From Andalucia godoyi And28 (taxonomy: Eukaryota > Protista > Jakobida): DNA of 64,000 bases. Below, one piece after another: positions 45,201-54,304 of the stretch. The stretch spans positions 140,463 through 204,462 of the forward strand of contig VRVR01000001.1 in the NCBI GenBank assembly GCA_009859145.1, written 5' to 3'. A program made the translations under genes and the position numbers. How positions within the stretch are numbered: the stretch's first letter is position 1; each line of letters starts with the position of its first letter. The notes below the pieces were generated by a model, which was not told the DNA's origin, searched no databases, and saw only the letters and a list, made by a program, of their open reading frames with translations.

Positions 45201-46004
45201 AAGGAAGCGGCCAAGTAGTCTCCCATGGGATCCGCAGCCAACGATCGGGCCGAAGGACCTGCAGTGTTTTTTTCGTGGAACAGCTTGCTAATCAGCGACT
45301 TGTTTGCCAGAGAAATTACGCGGACAAAAGGCTCGTCGCACGCGACAAACATGAACGACCCCGTGGAAGAGTATGTGATGTGATTGACTGGTAGTGACTG
45401 CTTTGTAGCATAACCGTTCAGCTGAAAGCTTGGAGATGCGTCAAACGTGTACACTGTCCCATCGTCTCCTCCGAAAGAAACCTCTGATTTCTAAAGTTCA
45501 ATAAACAAACAATCAACGCAAGGCAACAAAACGATCAGAAAAGGCAAGGAACAGAACCCAAAGACGGTGATGAGAGAAAAACAGGAATGGAATGGCGGAG
45601 GGGCAGAAACGAGTATGAAAGAGAAACACATACCAAAGGATGAATCGCGATGCAAGAAAACCCTTTCGAAGAATCCGATTCAAAATCAGAGATGGAGTCT
45701 TCAAGATTTTGAACGTTCAAAGCCTTGGACTGGTGCACATTGCAGCACACAAACAGCATCCTGGGTCAAATATGTATGTACATATTTTAAAAAAACATAA
45801 GAGCCAAGCGCAAACAGCAACAAAAACAATAAGTTGGTCATGTACGTGTGAAAATTGAATAGAAAAATGGGAGTTTCATTTAAACAAATCCCACAAAGAA
45901 AAAAGAAAGGACGCTGCGTGAACATACCGCCCGGTGTTATCGAACTTTGCATCGCAGTTTCCAGCAGCCAACACTTGCTGCAAGTTCAGCTTGTCGTCCT
46001 TCAT
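42242..46004 (-). CDS. WDHD1: Ctf4/AND-1 replisome hub (WD40 + SepB domain); exons 46004-45928, 45760-45634, 45490-42242
   Basis: N-terminal WD40s, PQPAFQSSATP, CLCWNTYG, WLGFSESG, KNERSIRALD. Two phase-compatible GTATGT introns extend the N-terminus (FDNTGR-MLFVC). Confidence 0.92.
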
Positions 46005-46398
46005 TCCGCCCAAAATTGCAAGAACGAATGTTTCAAAGTAGAAGTTTCAATAAATGGAGACAAGGAAAAAAACAAACAACACACACAGAAAAGAAAAAGA
46101 AAAGAAGAGCAAATAAATAAAAAGAAAGGCAATCCAGACGAAAGCAGAGCAGAACTCCAGACAACGAAGGGCAATTTTGCGAATTCTGAAAAACTCGATT
46201 TGGCGCCAGAGTGGTCGGCAGAGGCGGGAAGAAGGTCTGGTGGAGATCGTGCGTCCCTTGATTCTTGAGACTGGGGGGTTTTCTGTTTCAGCGGTTTTGG
46301 CTAGTACAGCAAGTTTTCTCTGATGCAGCAGATTGAGAAAACAAGGGAATGACAACCAAAGACGGAAAAAGACTGGGAAAGGCCGCACATAGGAGGAG

Positions 46399-47489
46399 AT
46401 GGCTAAAGCAAGAAACGGACCGAGAAAAGAAAAGATCAGTTCTGCTGCTCAGACTGTGTTCTCGCTGAATGGAAAGCTGTTCGATCTTAAATTAAAGGTT
46501 CGAGATGTTGTTGGAGATGGGAATTGTTTGTTTCGGAGCATTAGTTTCTGGTACTGTGGATCTGAGAACATGCATGAAGAAGTTCGGCAGCGAGTTTGCG
46601 AGTTTATGAATTTGCAGCAAGATTGGTTTTCGCTGTTTGTCGAAAATGATGAAACCTGTATGGCACTTCTCTTGACATCACTTACAAGCACACGCACAAA
46701 CGTACGCTTAACTTTGGTTTACATAATATCATTGATCTTTTTTATATGGGTTTTTCTAATACATATATTTGTTGTTGTTGGATTTGTCGATCTTGCTTCT
46801 TTGCAGGGGTCTCTTATATTTGTCGAATGGAAAAGGAAGGCACTTGGGGTGGCAATCTCGAGCTTGTCGCAGCATCGAGGTTGTACAAAGTCCACATTGT
46901 TGTTCACCAAACAAGTGGCCCAGCTTTGAGCATTGAATGCGAGCCTTCCAGTGCCGCCACGGGCACATGGCACTTTGTGTACTTGGAAGATGAACACTAT
47001 GCGTGTGCGGTTCCTATATCGGAAAATGACCTTCCGCCATCCCTGTCTGTTCCGCCGAAAGCGGATGCGGATCCAGAACAAACACGACAGAAAGTGAAGA
47101 TTGTGCTGGAGAGCATCCCGAATACTGCGACAGCGACTCCAGACACCGTGCTTGCAGTCCTATACCGCCTGGGATACGACTTGGACAAGACAATTGATTA
47201 TTTCATTGACGAATACGCCAATGAACCGCCAATCGAAGATCAAGCAGAAGCGGGAGGACATCCGATCTGCAGCAAATCAGTAGACGACAATGAAAAAACA
47301 CGGGACGACGAGCCACACGAAGAAGACCAAGCACAGAAAGGCAGAATGTCGAGATCACGGAAGCTTTCAAAATACGAGAAAAAGCGACTTCGAGATGAGA
47401 CGAAACGTGCGGAACGCCAAAAAGCGAAGACGAATGCAGAACATTCCGCGCAGCCACCGTCGTCTTCCTTCAGTGCGCTCAAAATCTAG
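46399..47489 (+). CDS. OTU-domain deubiquitinase (OTUD3-like); exons 46399-46657, 46807-47489
   Basis: DVVGDGNCLFRS (catalytic Cys), GTWGGNLEL, EDEHY (catalytic His), followed by a UBA/CUE-like segment. Confidence 0.9.
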
Positions 47490-47520
47490 CAGAAATCGAA
47501 GTCTCCATGGTAACACGGAA

Positions 47521-49137
47521 TCACAAGATTCTTCGCCGCTTTCCATGGACATAAGAATGCTCATCGTGGTCGGACAGCAGGACCCAAAGCTTGCAATTTG
47601 GACATTCGTACAATTGCACGTTCCAGCTTCGATGGGGTTCTTGCGCAGCGACTCCCCGATTCGATACGTCCGCTGCCGCATTCGCATTCGCGCTCGTCGG
47701 ATGGGTATGCGCCTCTTGATCTGCGCTGGCTGTGTTCGTGATCGCCGTGCGCTCAATTCCGTCACGATTACCATCTGCATCAGCAACCGCGTCTCCGATA
47801 ACCGGGGGGCCCTGCATGAACAGTTGCTCCTCACGGATGTCTGTCTCTAAGCTCGGGATCTGTGAGCAATCAAGATCGGAGATGCAGCTGTCCGCGTCAG
47901 CATCGTCGTCTCCGTTTGCAGACGGCGCACCAGCCTCTTTGCGGAAAAAGTCAACTCTGGAGGCCGTCTTCTCGAGAAAGCCAGATGCGCCAACGACGAG
48001 TCGCGTGAGCTGCTCATGTGGGGCATTCAGCACCGACAGTACTTTGTTCACCGAAAACTCTGTCCACGGAGCGGACTTCGACTGGAGTCGTACTTCGCCA
48101 CCCTTCCCGTACCCAACCCTCCACCGAACGTCCATCTTTGCCGGAGTTCGCCCATCTTCCGCAACACGATTCAGTAACTCTGAACAGAGAAGCTCCGCTA
48201 TTTCCGCAACGTCTGCTTTGTAGAAGGAGCGTTCTACAATGATGGATTTTGCAGGACCTCGTTTCTTGATCTGCTCTCTTGCATCACCTCGCACTGCATT
48301 CCAAATCCACTGCGCCTTCTTTCCATTTCCTCGACAATATCTTGTGGAGAGGTCGGATACTCCAAGGTGCCGCAAGTCTGCACACACGGAGAACCCATCG
48401 GCCTCCATTTGCGCGCCAAGCTTCCCCTGCAGAGTCGGTATGCGGGTTATCGGAACATGGGAAATGAATTGCTCATTGTCCGCCTCTGCGATGCATACTT
48501 GCGCATTCGGTTTCTTCAGCGGCGATACGAGCCTTGCTATCAGCTTGTTCGACGCTATGCCCACGGATACTTCAAACCCCGTTCTTTGGAGGACGTGGGA
48601 ACGCAGCATCTGAACGGCACACATTTCAACAAGAAACGGATCACCCGTCTCGTACGCTCGCAGCACAGGGGGATACACTGCCGGATCGACAACTCTAAAC
48701 CACCGATTCCTCTCAACCGTTGTGTCCACGGTCAGATTGCGAATCACCAGATCCAAATCAAAGTAAAAATCATCGATGGACGTCTGCTGGACATCCACTT
48801 TAAGCATGCCGGAGCCTGCAAATTCCTCGAGACTCTGAAGCAGTGCTTTAGAGTGTCTCTTGTATCGAGGCATGTCCATCTCCACAATCACCAATCCAGG
48901 ACACTTTGCACAGGCTTCTTCTCGACTGATCCGATCGCGCAGCCATGGAATGTTTGCACGTCCTCCAGCACCCACACCATCTGCCTTTCGAATACCTGCA
49001 GCTTTCGCAAGCGCGGAAACCGCAACAAACCCACCTGTGTTGTGCTGCGAGACGACAACTGGTCTTCCCCTCAACGACGAATTATCGATGTATTCACACT
49101 GGCAGTAGAACGAATCCACGTCAATGTGCACAATCAT
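47521..49137 (-). CDS. Y-family translesion DNA polymerase (pol eta/iota-like) with a C-terminal UBZ-like zinc finger
   Basis: IVHIDVDSFYCQCE, LRGRPVVVSQH, SIDDFYFD, SVGIASNKLIARL, KKPNAQ, CPNC...EHSYVH. Confidence 0.88.
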   Translation of the reverse strand: MIVHIDVDSFYCQCEYIDNSSLRGRPVVVSQHNTGGFVAVSALAKAAGIRKADGVGAGGRANIPWLRDRISREEACAKCPGLVIVEMDMPRYKRHSKALLQSLEEFAGSGMLKVDVQQTSIDDFYFDLDLVIRNLTVDTTVERNRWFRVVDPAVYPPVLRAYETGDPFLVEMCAVQMLRSHVLQRTGFEVSVGIASNKLIARLVSPLKKPNAQVCIAEADNEQFISHVPITRIPTLQGKLGAQMEADGFSVCADLRHLGVSDLSTRYCRGNGKKAQWIWNAVRGDAREQIKKRGPAKSIIVERSFYKADVAEIAELLCSELLNRVAEDGRTPAKMDVRWRVGYGKGGEVRLQSKSAPWTEFSVNKVLSVLNAPHEQLTRLVVGASGFLEKTASRVDFFRKEAGAPSANGDDDADADSCISDLDCSQIPSLETDIREEQLFMQGPPVIGDAVADADGNRDGIERTAITNTASADQEAHTHPTSANANAAADVSNRGVAAQEPHRSWNVQLYECPNCKLWVLLSDHDEHSYVHGKRRRIL

Positions 49138-49470
49138 TGCAGCACGAACAACCACCGCATACCAGCACCCAGGTGTATTTTTCTTCTTCTTCTTCTTCTT
49201 CTTCCTCTTCCGCTATTCACGCTCGATGCAACAAGCATCAGACAAGATATATTTATAGAAGTAAACATGCCAAAAAGAAAACCCCCGGAAATCGACAAAG
49301 CGGAAAATAAAAATCAAACACCAACATTGAGACGGTGGTGTATGTCCAAAACAATGCCTGCGAAATCACATCCACTCACACACACTCAGATTCACTCACA
49401 CTTTATTTATTTATTTATTTTAAAGAATGATGAGAAAATGCGGGGAGGAAATCAACGGAGAGCGACAACA

Positions 49471-49511
<41 letters not shown>

Positions 49512-50203
49512 GGAAGCATGCCTCATATCTCAGGGTAGAGTGGAAAGCATATTTGACAGCTCAGACAGGAAAAAGGCACGATGTAAGCGGGTGAAAAATG
49601 GAGTGGGGTAATGCTTCCCTTTTCTCTAGTGCTTTCTTGCGTTTGCAGTAGAGGAAAGAAGCTTTCGAGTGATGAAAAAGTACGCAACTACAGATCCAGC
49701 GACTCCTCCAAGAGCCGCAATGGGAAACGTAAGCAAGGATTTCGCGCTGTGCATTTGCTATTGCTGTATCTATCTATTAATGTAGAATATAATTCAAAAA
49801 TAAAAAGGAACCGTGAGTCCAATACGAGCGGATACGGACATTGCATAGAGAGAGAAGGGAGAGAGGGTGAGAGAGAGAGAGAGAGAGAGAAAGCCCGAGT
49901 TTGGCCTTTGGAGGTGTGCATCGTATCCTGCAAGTGATATTGTGCAAGCCTCCTGTCCTTATCCCGCCAGCCACCATTGCCTCAAGATTTCCCTCTCAAA
50001 AAGAAGCCTTGGCGATCTTTTGTTCGTTGTCATCGTCTCTCCTCGATCTTCGCACTTTGTTTTCTTTTTACATTTTTAACTTGAAAATTGTTTTTTTATA
50101 TTATTTTTGGTAGACAGTGGGGGGAATAAAACAAACAGACGAGAGGGAAGAAGAGCAGAACGAGAAAGATCCAGCCCGCTACAAAAAAGAAAAAAGGAGA
50201 GAA

Positions 50204-50665
50204 ATGACTGACGCAGGACTTTCTATTCAACAGCTGGCGTCTCTTCCGCTGGAGTATCTTTCTCAGATGAAGACACAAGTTCAGCAGGACATTGAAGTTC
50301 TTTCGAGCTCGATGCAGCAGCTACGGATGGCTCGCGAAAAGTTCCTTGAATCTTTGGGCACGGTGGAGGGAATGCGCTCGCTTGAAGCTGGACATGAAAC
50401 CCTTGTGCCGCTGACAGAATCGCTGTATGTTCCGGGGAAACTCGTAAACCCACAGCAGGTATTGGTGGAAATTGGAACCAACTTTATGGTTCCGAAGGAT
50501 TTGAAGGGCGCCGAAGAGTTCTTGGGCCGGAAACTCGCTCTCCTCAAGGACAATGTCGAAAAGATCGGCAGAGCTATCGCCGTCAAGCGAAAAGATCTCG
50601 AACTGGTCGTCACCGTTCTCCAAGCAAAGGTCAAGGCGCAGCAACAAGCGCAGCAGCAAGCATAG
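50204..50665 (+). CDS. PFDN5: Prefoldin subunit 5 (alpha-type)
   Basis: LVPLTESLYVPGKL, VLVEIGTNF, A..FL.RK. Confidence 0.93.
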   Translation: MTDAGLSIQQLASLPLEYLSQMKTQVQQDIEVLSSSMQQLRMAREKFLESLGTVEGMRSLEAGHETLVPLTESLYVPGKLVNPQQVLVEIGTNFMVPKDLKGAEEFLGRKLALLKDNVEKIGRAIAVKRKDLELVVTVLQAKVKAQQQAQQQA

Positions 50666-51039
50666 ATCATGCAGTAATTAAAAGAAAAACAGAAGAAGAA
50701 CACGGGTTTGGTATGCGCGGCTCTTTGCGTTGATGATCTCCGACAGTTAAAGAAAGAACGGGGAAAGACATGACGTTCTTATACATTTATTCATGGTATT
50801 GAAGCTCTGAGCGCAGAAATGACCAGCGGATACTTCCTCATTTCACAAGGGGAAGGGGGGAACATGAAGGATTGAACGAGACAGTGCGGTGCGTCGGCAT
50901 GAGAGGAGATCAGGAAACAGCAACAGAAGGGAGATGAAGCGCGAGGTTGAAAGCACGTCGGGGAAAAAATAACGAAGCTGAGACACCAATAGCGCACATG
51001 CATTTTCCCGGTGAGTGCAAGCTGCAACTGTGAGCTGAC

Positions 51040-52272
51040 CTACCTTTCGTTCGCTGAAGTGGAGAAGAGATACATTCCAGAAATGACAATGACGGCAGAC
51101 AGAGCTTTCATGAATGACATGCAGTACACCGCATCTGGTCCAGGTCCGCACAGCAGGAGGTGGCTGACGAAAAACACGGACACTGCACGGATAGCCTGCA
51201 AAAGCCCGATTGTGATGGACCCTGACTGCGTCACAATCTCATAGAATGCGTAATTGTGAAACAAAGACGATGAAATGATGATCACGTAACCAAGCAGAGA
51301 AGTCCAGACGAACGATCCAGCAAGATCTACAGGCTGTGTCACATGTGCATTCCAATTCGGTAGCGTGAAGAGCACAATGTGCAGGAGACACACACACATG
51401 CCAACAACACCATTGATGAGTCCCGAAAGTTGCGAGTCAAGGCCATCCCGGGTTGATTTTTCAAGCATCCATTCCGTCGAAACGTAGTTCGCGCCATAAG
51501 CCGCAGCAGTGGAAAATGTCATGACCATACCAAAGAAGACCTTGTCCAGAGTATCTGCCGGCAGCAGCGACGTCTGATAAGCCGAAATCGTCAAACCAAA
51601 CACAATGGTGCCGCATGCAACCCACTGCTGCTGTGAGAGCCGTCGATTCAGCGCAATGCGCGAAAACACCGCAGTGAACAAGATGATCGACGAGTACCCG
51701 ACCTGGAAAAGACTTGAGCCAGCGTTCGCGATCGCAAGCGCACAGCACGTTTGTCCACCAAAGTCAAGCGCAATCGAAACAAACAGCTCCCACCAGTACT
51801 TCACGATAAGATGTCTGGTGTGTTCCAAGGAGTGGAACCCAGACGACAACAGTCCGTTGCTTGACGGTTGGTTAACGTCCAGGTCTGAATGACCATGTGA
51901 GCGAGAATGGGAATGCGCCGCCATACTCGGATCTTCAGCATCTGTTGGCATTGGTGAATATTTCTCGCCATTGTTGTCCAGAACTCGAGATCGCGGAGAC
52001 CCTCCTCCGAAAGCGACAATAGAAGAAGAAGAATTGGGGTTTTTTTGCATCGCTGAAAACCACGATGCTGGTAAATACATAATAAGGATGTAGCCAATGT
52101 AATTCGCAAACTGGACAAATGCAGTTCGGTCATCTGCAGCGCCCAGCCTGGAAACAAGCTGAGTCCCCATCGTCGTCCCTACTCCCGTCACTACAAACAG
52201 CACTTGCATGCCAACCGACCGAGTCGAAATATTTGAATACATGAACGCTCGGTACGGCGAAGAACGAATCAT
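51040..52272 (-). CDS. DMT/EamA-superfamily transporter (SLC35-like)
   Basis: About 10 TM segments; AGSSLFQVGYSSIILFTAVFSRIALNRRLSQQQW; VSVFFVSHLL. Confidence 0.8.
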   Translation of the reverse strand: MIRSSPYRAFMYSNISTRSVGMQVLFVVTGVGTTMGTQLVSRLGAADDRTAFVQFANYIGYILIMYLPASWFSAMQKNPNSSSSIVAFGGGSPRSRVLDNNGEKYSPMPTDAEDPSMAAHSHSRSHGHSDLDVNQPSSNGLLSSGFHSLEHTRHLIVKYWWELFVSIALDFGGQTCCALAIANAGSSLFQVGYSSIILFTAVFSRIALNRRLSQQQWVACGTIVFGLTISAYQTSLLPADTLDKVFFGMVMTFSTAAAYGANYVSTEWMLEKSTRDGLDSQLSGLINGVVGMCVCLLHIVLFTLPNWNAHVTQPVDLAGSFVWTSLLGYVIIISSSLFHNYAFYEIVTQSGSITIGLLQAIRAVSVFFVSHLLLCGPGPDAVYCMSFMKALSAVIVISGMYLFSTSANER

Positions 52273-52638
52273 AAAGACTGCGAAATGTTCACTGGTCGTC
52301 TCCTTTTTGCGCACGACAGGGATTTCTAAAATAAACAACAACAAAAATGCAAACACGATCCGAACAACAGAAAAAACCAAAGTCGTTTCATGCGCCGTTT
52401 TTGTCCTGCCTTGGTGGATTGTTCGATGCAAACCAAAGACGAGGTGTCCCGCCGTACGCAAAGGCTCAGATTGTGTTCCTCGCAATACGGTAATTGGTGA
52501 CAAACGAGGGCGCCGTCTGCACTCTTGTTTTGATTGTTCTGTGCCTTTCTTCCATATCCTTGTTTTTTTCTTCCCCCTTCTTTTCTTTTCGAAATACAAA
52601 ATGCTGCTTTGGATAAACAGACAACTCCCAGCGCAAGA

Positions 52639-53718
52639 ATGCGGTCTATTTGGAAGAGTGTGGGTTGCAGTAGTGTTGTTGTGCTCTTTGTCTTTTTGCT
52701 CTGTTTTTTCGTGTTGCTTGGGGTTTCGGTTGCAACTCCAGGGACGACTGGCGGCGAAGAAGGAGAAGGCGGGACCGCTGGTCTGCGCAGGGACGCTACG
52801 GTCCATGTTGTCATGGGCTCCGTTCCTCGGAACTCTGGCGAGTATCTGTACATTCGGAACACAATTCATGGCTGGTGCTCAGCGCTTGCCGAGTTTCCAG
52901 AGTCTCGCAAGATTGATTGGGACTACTGGGTGTTTAATTTCTCGCCTACGCATCAAGACACCCTCATAGGCTTGCTTGCTGAATTCCATCCGGTGTCCGT
53001 GCAATCAAGCGACATGTTCACTTTCGACTTTGGCGCGCGGATTGGAAAAGTGCGGGTGGATGGATATGATGGATGCAGGGTACATGTAGTCTCGGGTGAT
53101 CGCAAAGAGCCATTAGCACCGCACGTCATGTCCGACAAGCGCATGAAGCATTCATTTGATGTGTCGTTTATGATGCAGCATGTGCATGGGTTGTTTGGGA
53201 AACGATCTGTGGCGACAGGCTCGACTGGGAAGTTCCAGGACGATCTCATGATGCTGATGGACGATGATTTTGAACCCTGCCCGTGGGCGTTGGATCGGCT
53301 CGAGCACGCTATCCTCCGGCATTTGGATGCGGATTTTTCGGCAGGAATGTTCTCGTTTGGTACTTCAGGCCTCTTATTTCACGTGAATGACTTACCTGCG
53401 CTCGTCGAGTACATTGCAAAGGGCCAGGAGCGACCCGCAAATGTTCGAAGGCCTATCGACCACTTACTTGACGAGTGGATGCTGAAGGAAACCGACTTGG
53501 CCAAGAATTATCTGAAGAAAAGGAGGAACTTCACCGTGCGGTACCATCCGTTTGCTCACAAAGGAATTGTGTCCACGCAGGACCACAGCCATTTTGACGG
53601 CCAGTACGGATGCTGGGACCAGATGACCTGGCCAACGCTCTTTGTGGGAATTGCATATGATACCGAGAAATGCGGAGTTGAGCACGACGTATGGCCTTGC
53701 TGGCCACGTGAGGACTGA
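52639..53718 (+). CDS. Type II membrane glycosyltransferase, GT54/MGAT4-like
   Basis: N-terminal signal anchor, LMDDDFEPC (DxD-like), FSFGTSGLLFH.NDL, PIDHLL. Confidence 0.65.
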   Translation: MRSIWKSVGCSSVVVLFVFLLCFFVLLGVSVATPGTTGGEEGEGGTAGLRRDATVHVVMGSVPRNSGEYLYIRNTIHGWCSALAEFPESRKIDWDYWVFNFSPTHQDTLIGLLAEFHPVSVQSSDMFTFDFGARIGKVRVDGYDGCRVHVVSGDRKEPLAPHVMSDKRMKHSFDVSFMMQHVHGLFGKRSVATGSTGKFQDDLMMLMDDDFEPCPWALDRLEHAILRHLDADFSAGMFSFGTSGLLFHVNDLPALVEYIAKGQERPANVRRPIDHLLDEWMLKETDLAKNYLKKRRNFTVRYHPFAHKGIVSTQDHSHFDGQYGCWDQMTWPTLFVGIAYDTEKCGVEHDVWPCWPRED

Positions 53719-53974
53719 GCACGGGTGCCGCCGCATGCTGCGGTGAGGGGGAGGAAAAAAATGTATATTTGTACATAGTCACTCGCGTTTTATCTTTTTA
53801 CCATGTACTCACAGTCCAATGTCCACGCCCGTCCCCCATCACCTGTGCATGTGCGTGTGTCTCTCCCCTGTCCCTCTCCTTCTCCTTCGTCTTTGCTCGC
53901 AGCTTGCTTGTGCGAAGAAAAACGTCCTGCAGAATCCCATCATGTATGCCAGTGGCCATTCTGACTCCATATAT

Positions 53975-54047
53975 GGGCGTGTAGCTCAGTTGGTAGAGTA
54001 CGTCACTTGCATTGACGGGGTCTAGGGTTCGATTCCCTACTCGTCCA
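53975..54047 (+). tRNA. tRNA-Ala (anticodon UGC)
   Basis: 73-nt cloverleaf with anticodon stem CGTCA/TGACG, loop CTTGCAT, TTCGATT T-loop and the G3:U70 alanine identity pair; one U6.U67 mismatch. Confidence 0.95.
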
Positions 54048-54304
54048 TTCATTTTTTTTCTGCTCTAACTCCATCTCCATTTTTCAGTCGAACTTGAGAA
54101 ACGCTGTTCAATTCATTTGCGAACGAAAGTTTTTTTTTCTGGGTGTCTTTCTTTTTCATCTTTACTTCTCTTGCTTCATAATTCCTACATATCTTCCCGC
54201 AACTCCTGATCTTCGTTTCGCAAAAGAGAAAAAAAAAAAAAAATTCTCGAAAGTACCGTCAAAAAAAAAACAAAAAACGCCGTATTTTTGCAGATACCGT
54301 GGGG

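Noticed and set aside
44342-45394. Long antisense ORFs opposite real genes (e.g. 44342-45394, 48367-49611, 61364-62335, 39423-40208)
   Set aside because: Shadow ORFs of GC-balanced coding sequence with no protein motifs.
25689-49137. Clustering of CDK7, RAD51D, Ctf4 and the Y-family polymerase as a DNA-repair gene cluster
   Set aside because: They are interspersed with unrelated genes in mixed orientation, as expected by chance in a gene-dense eukaryote.
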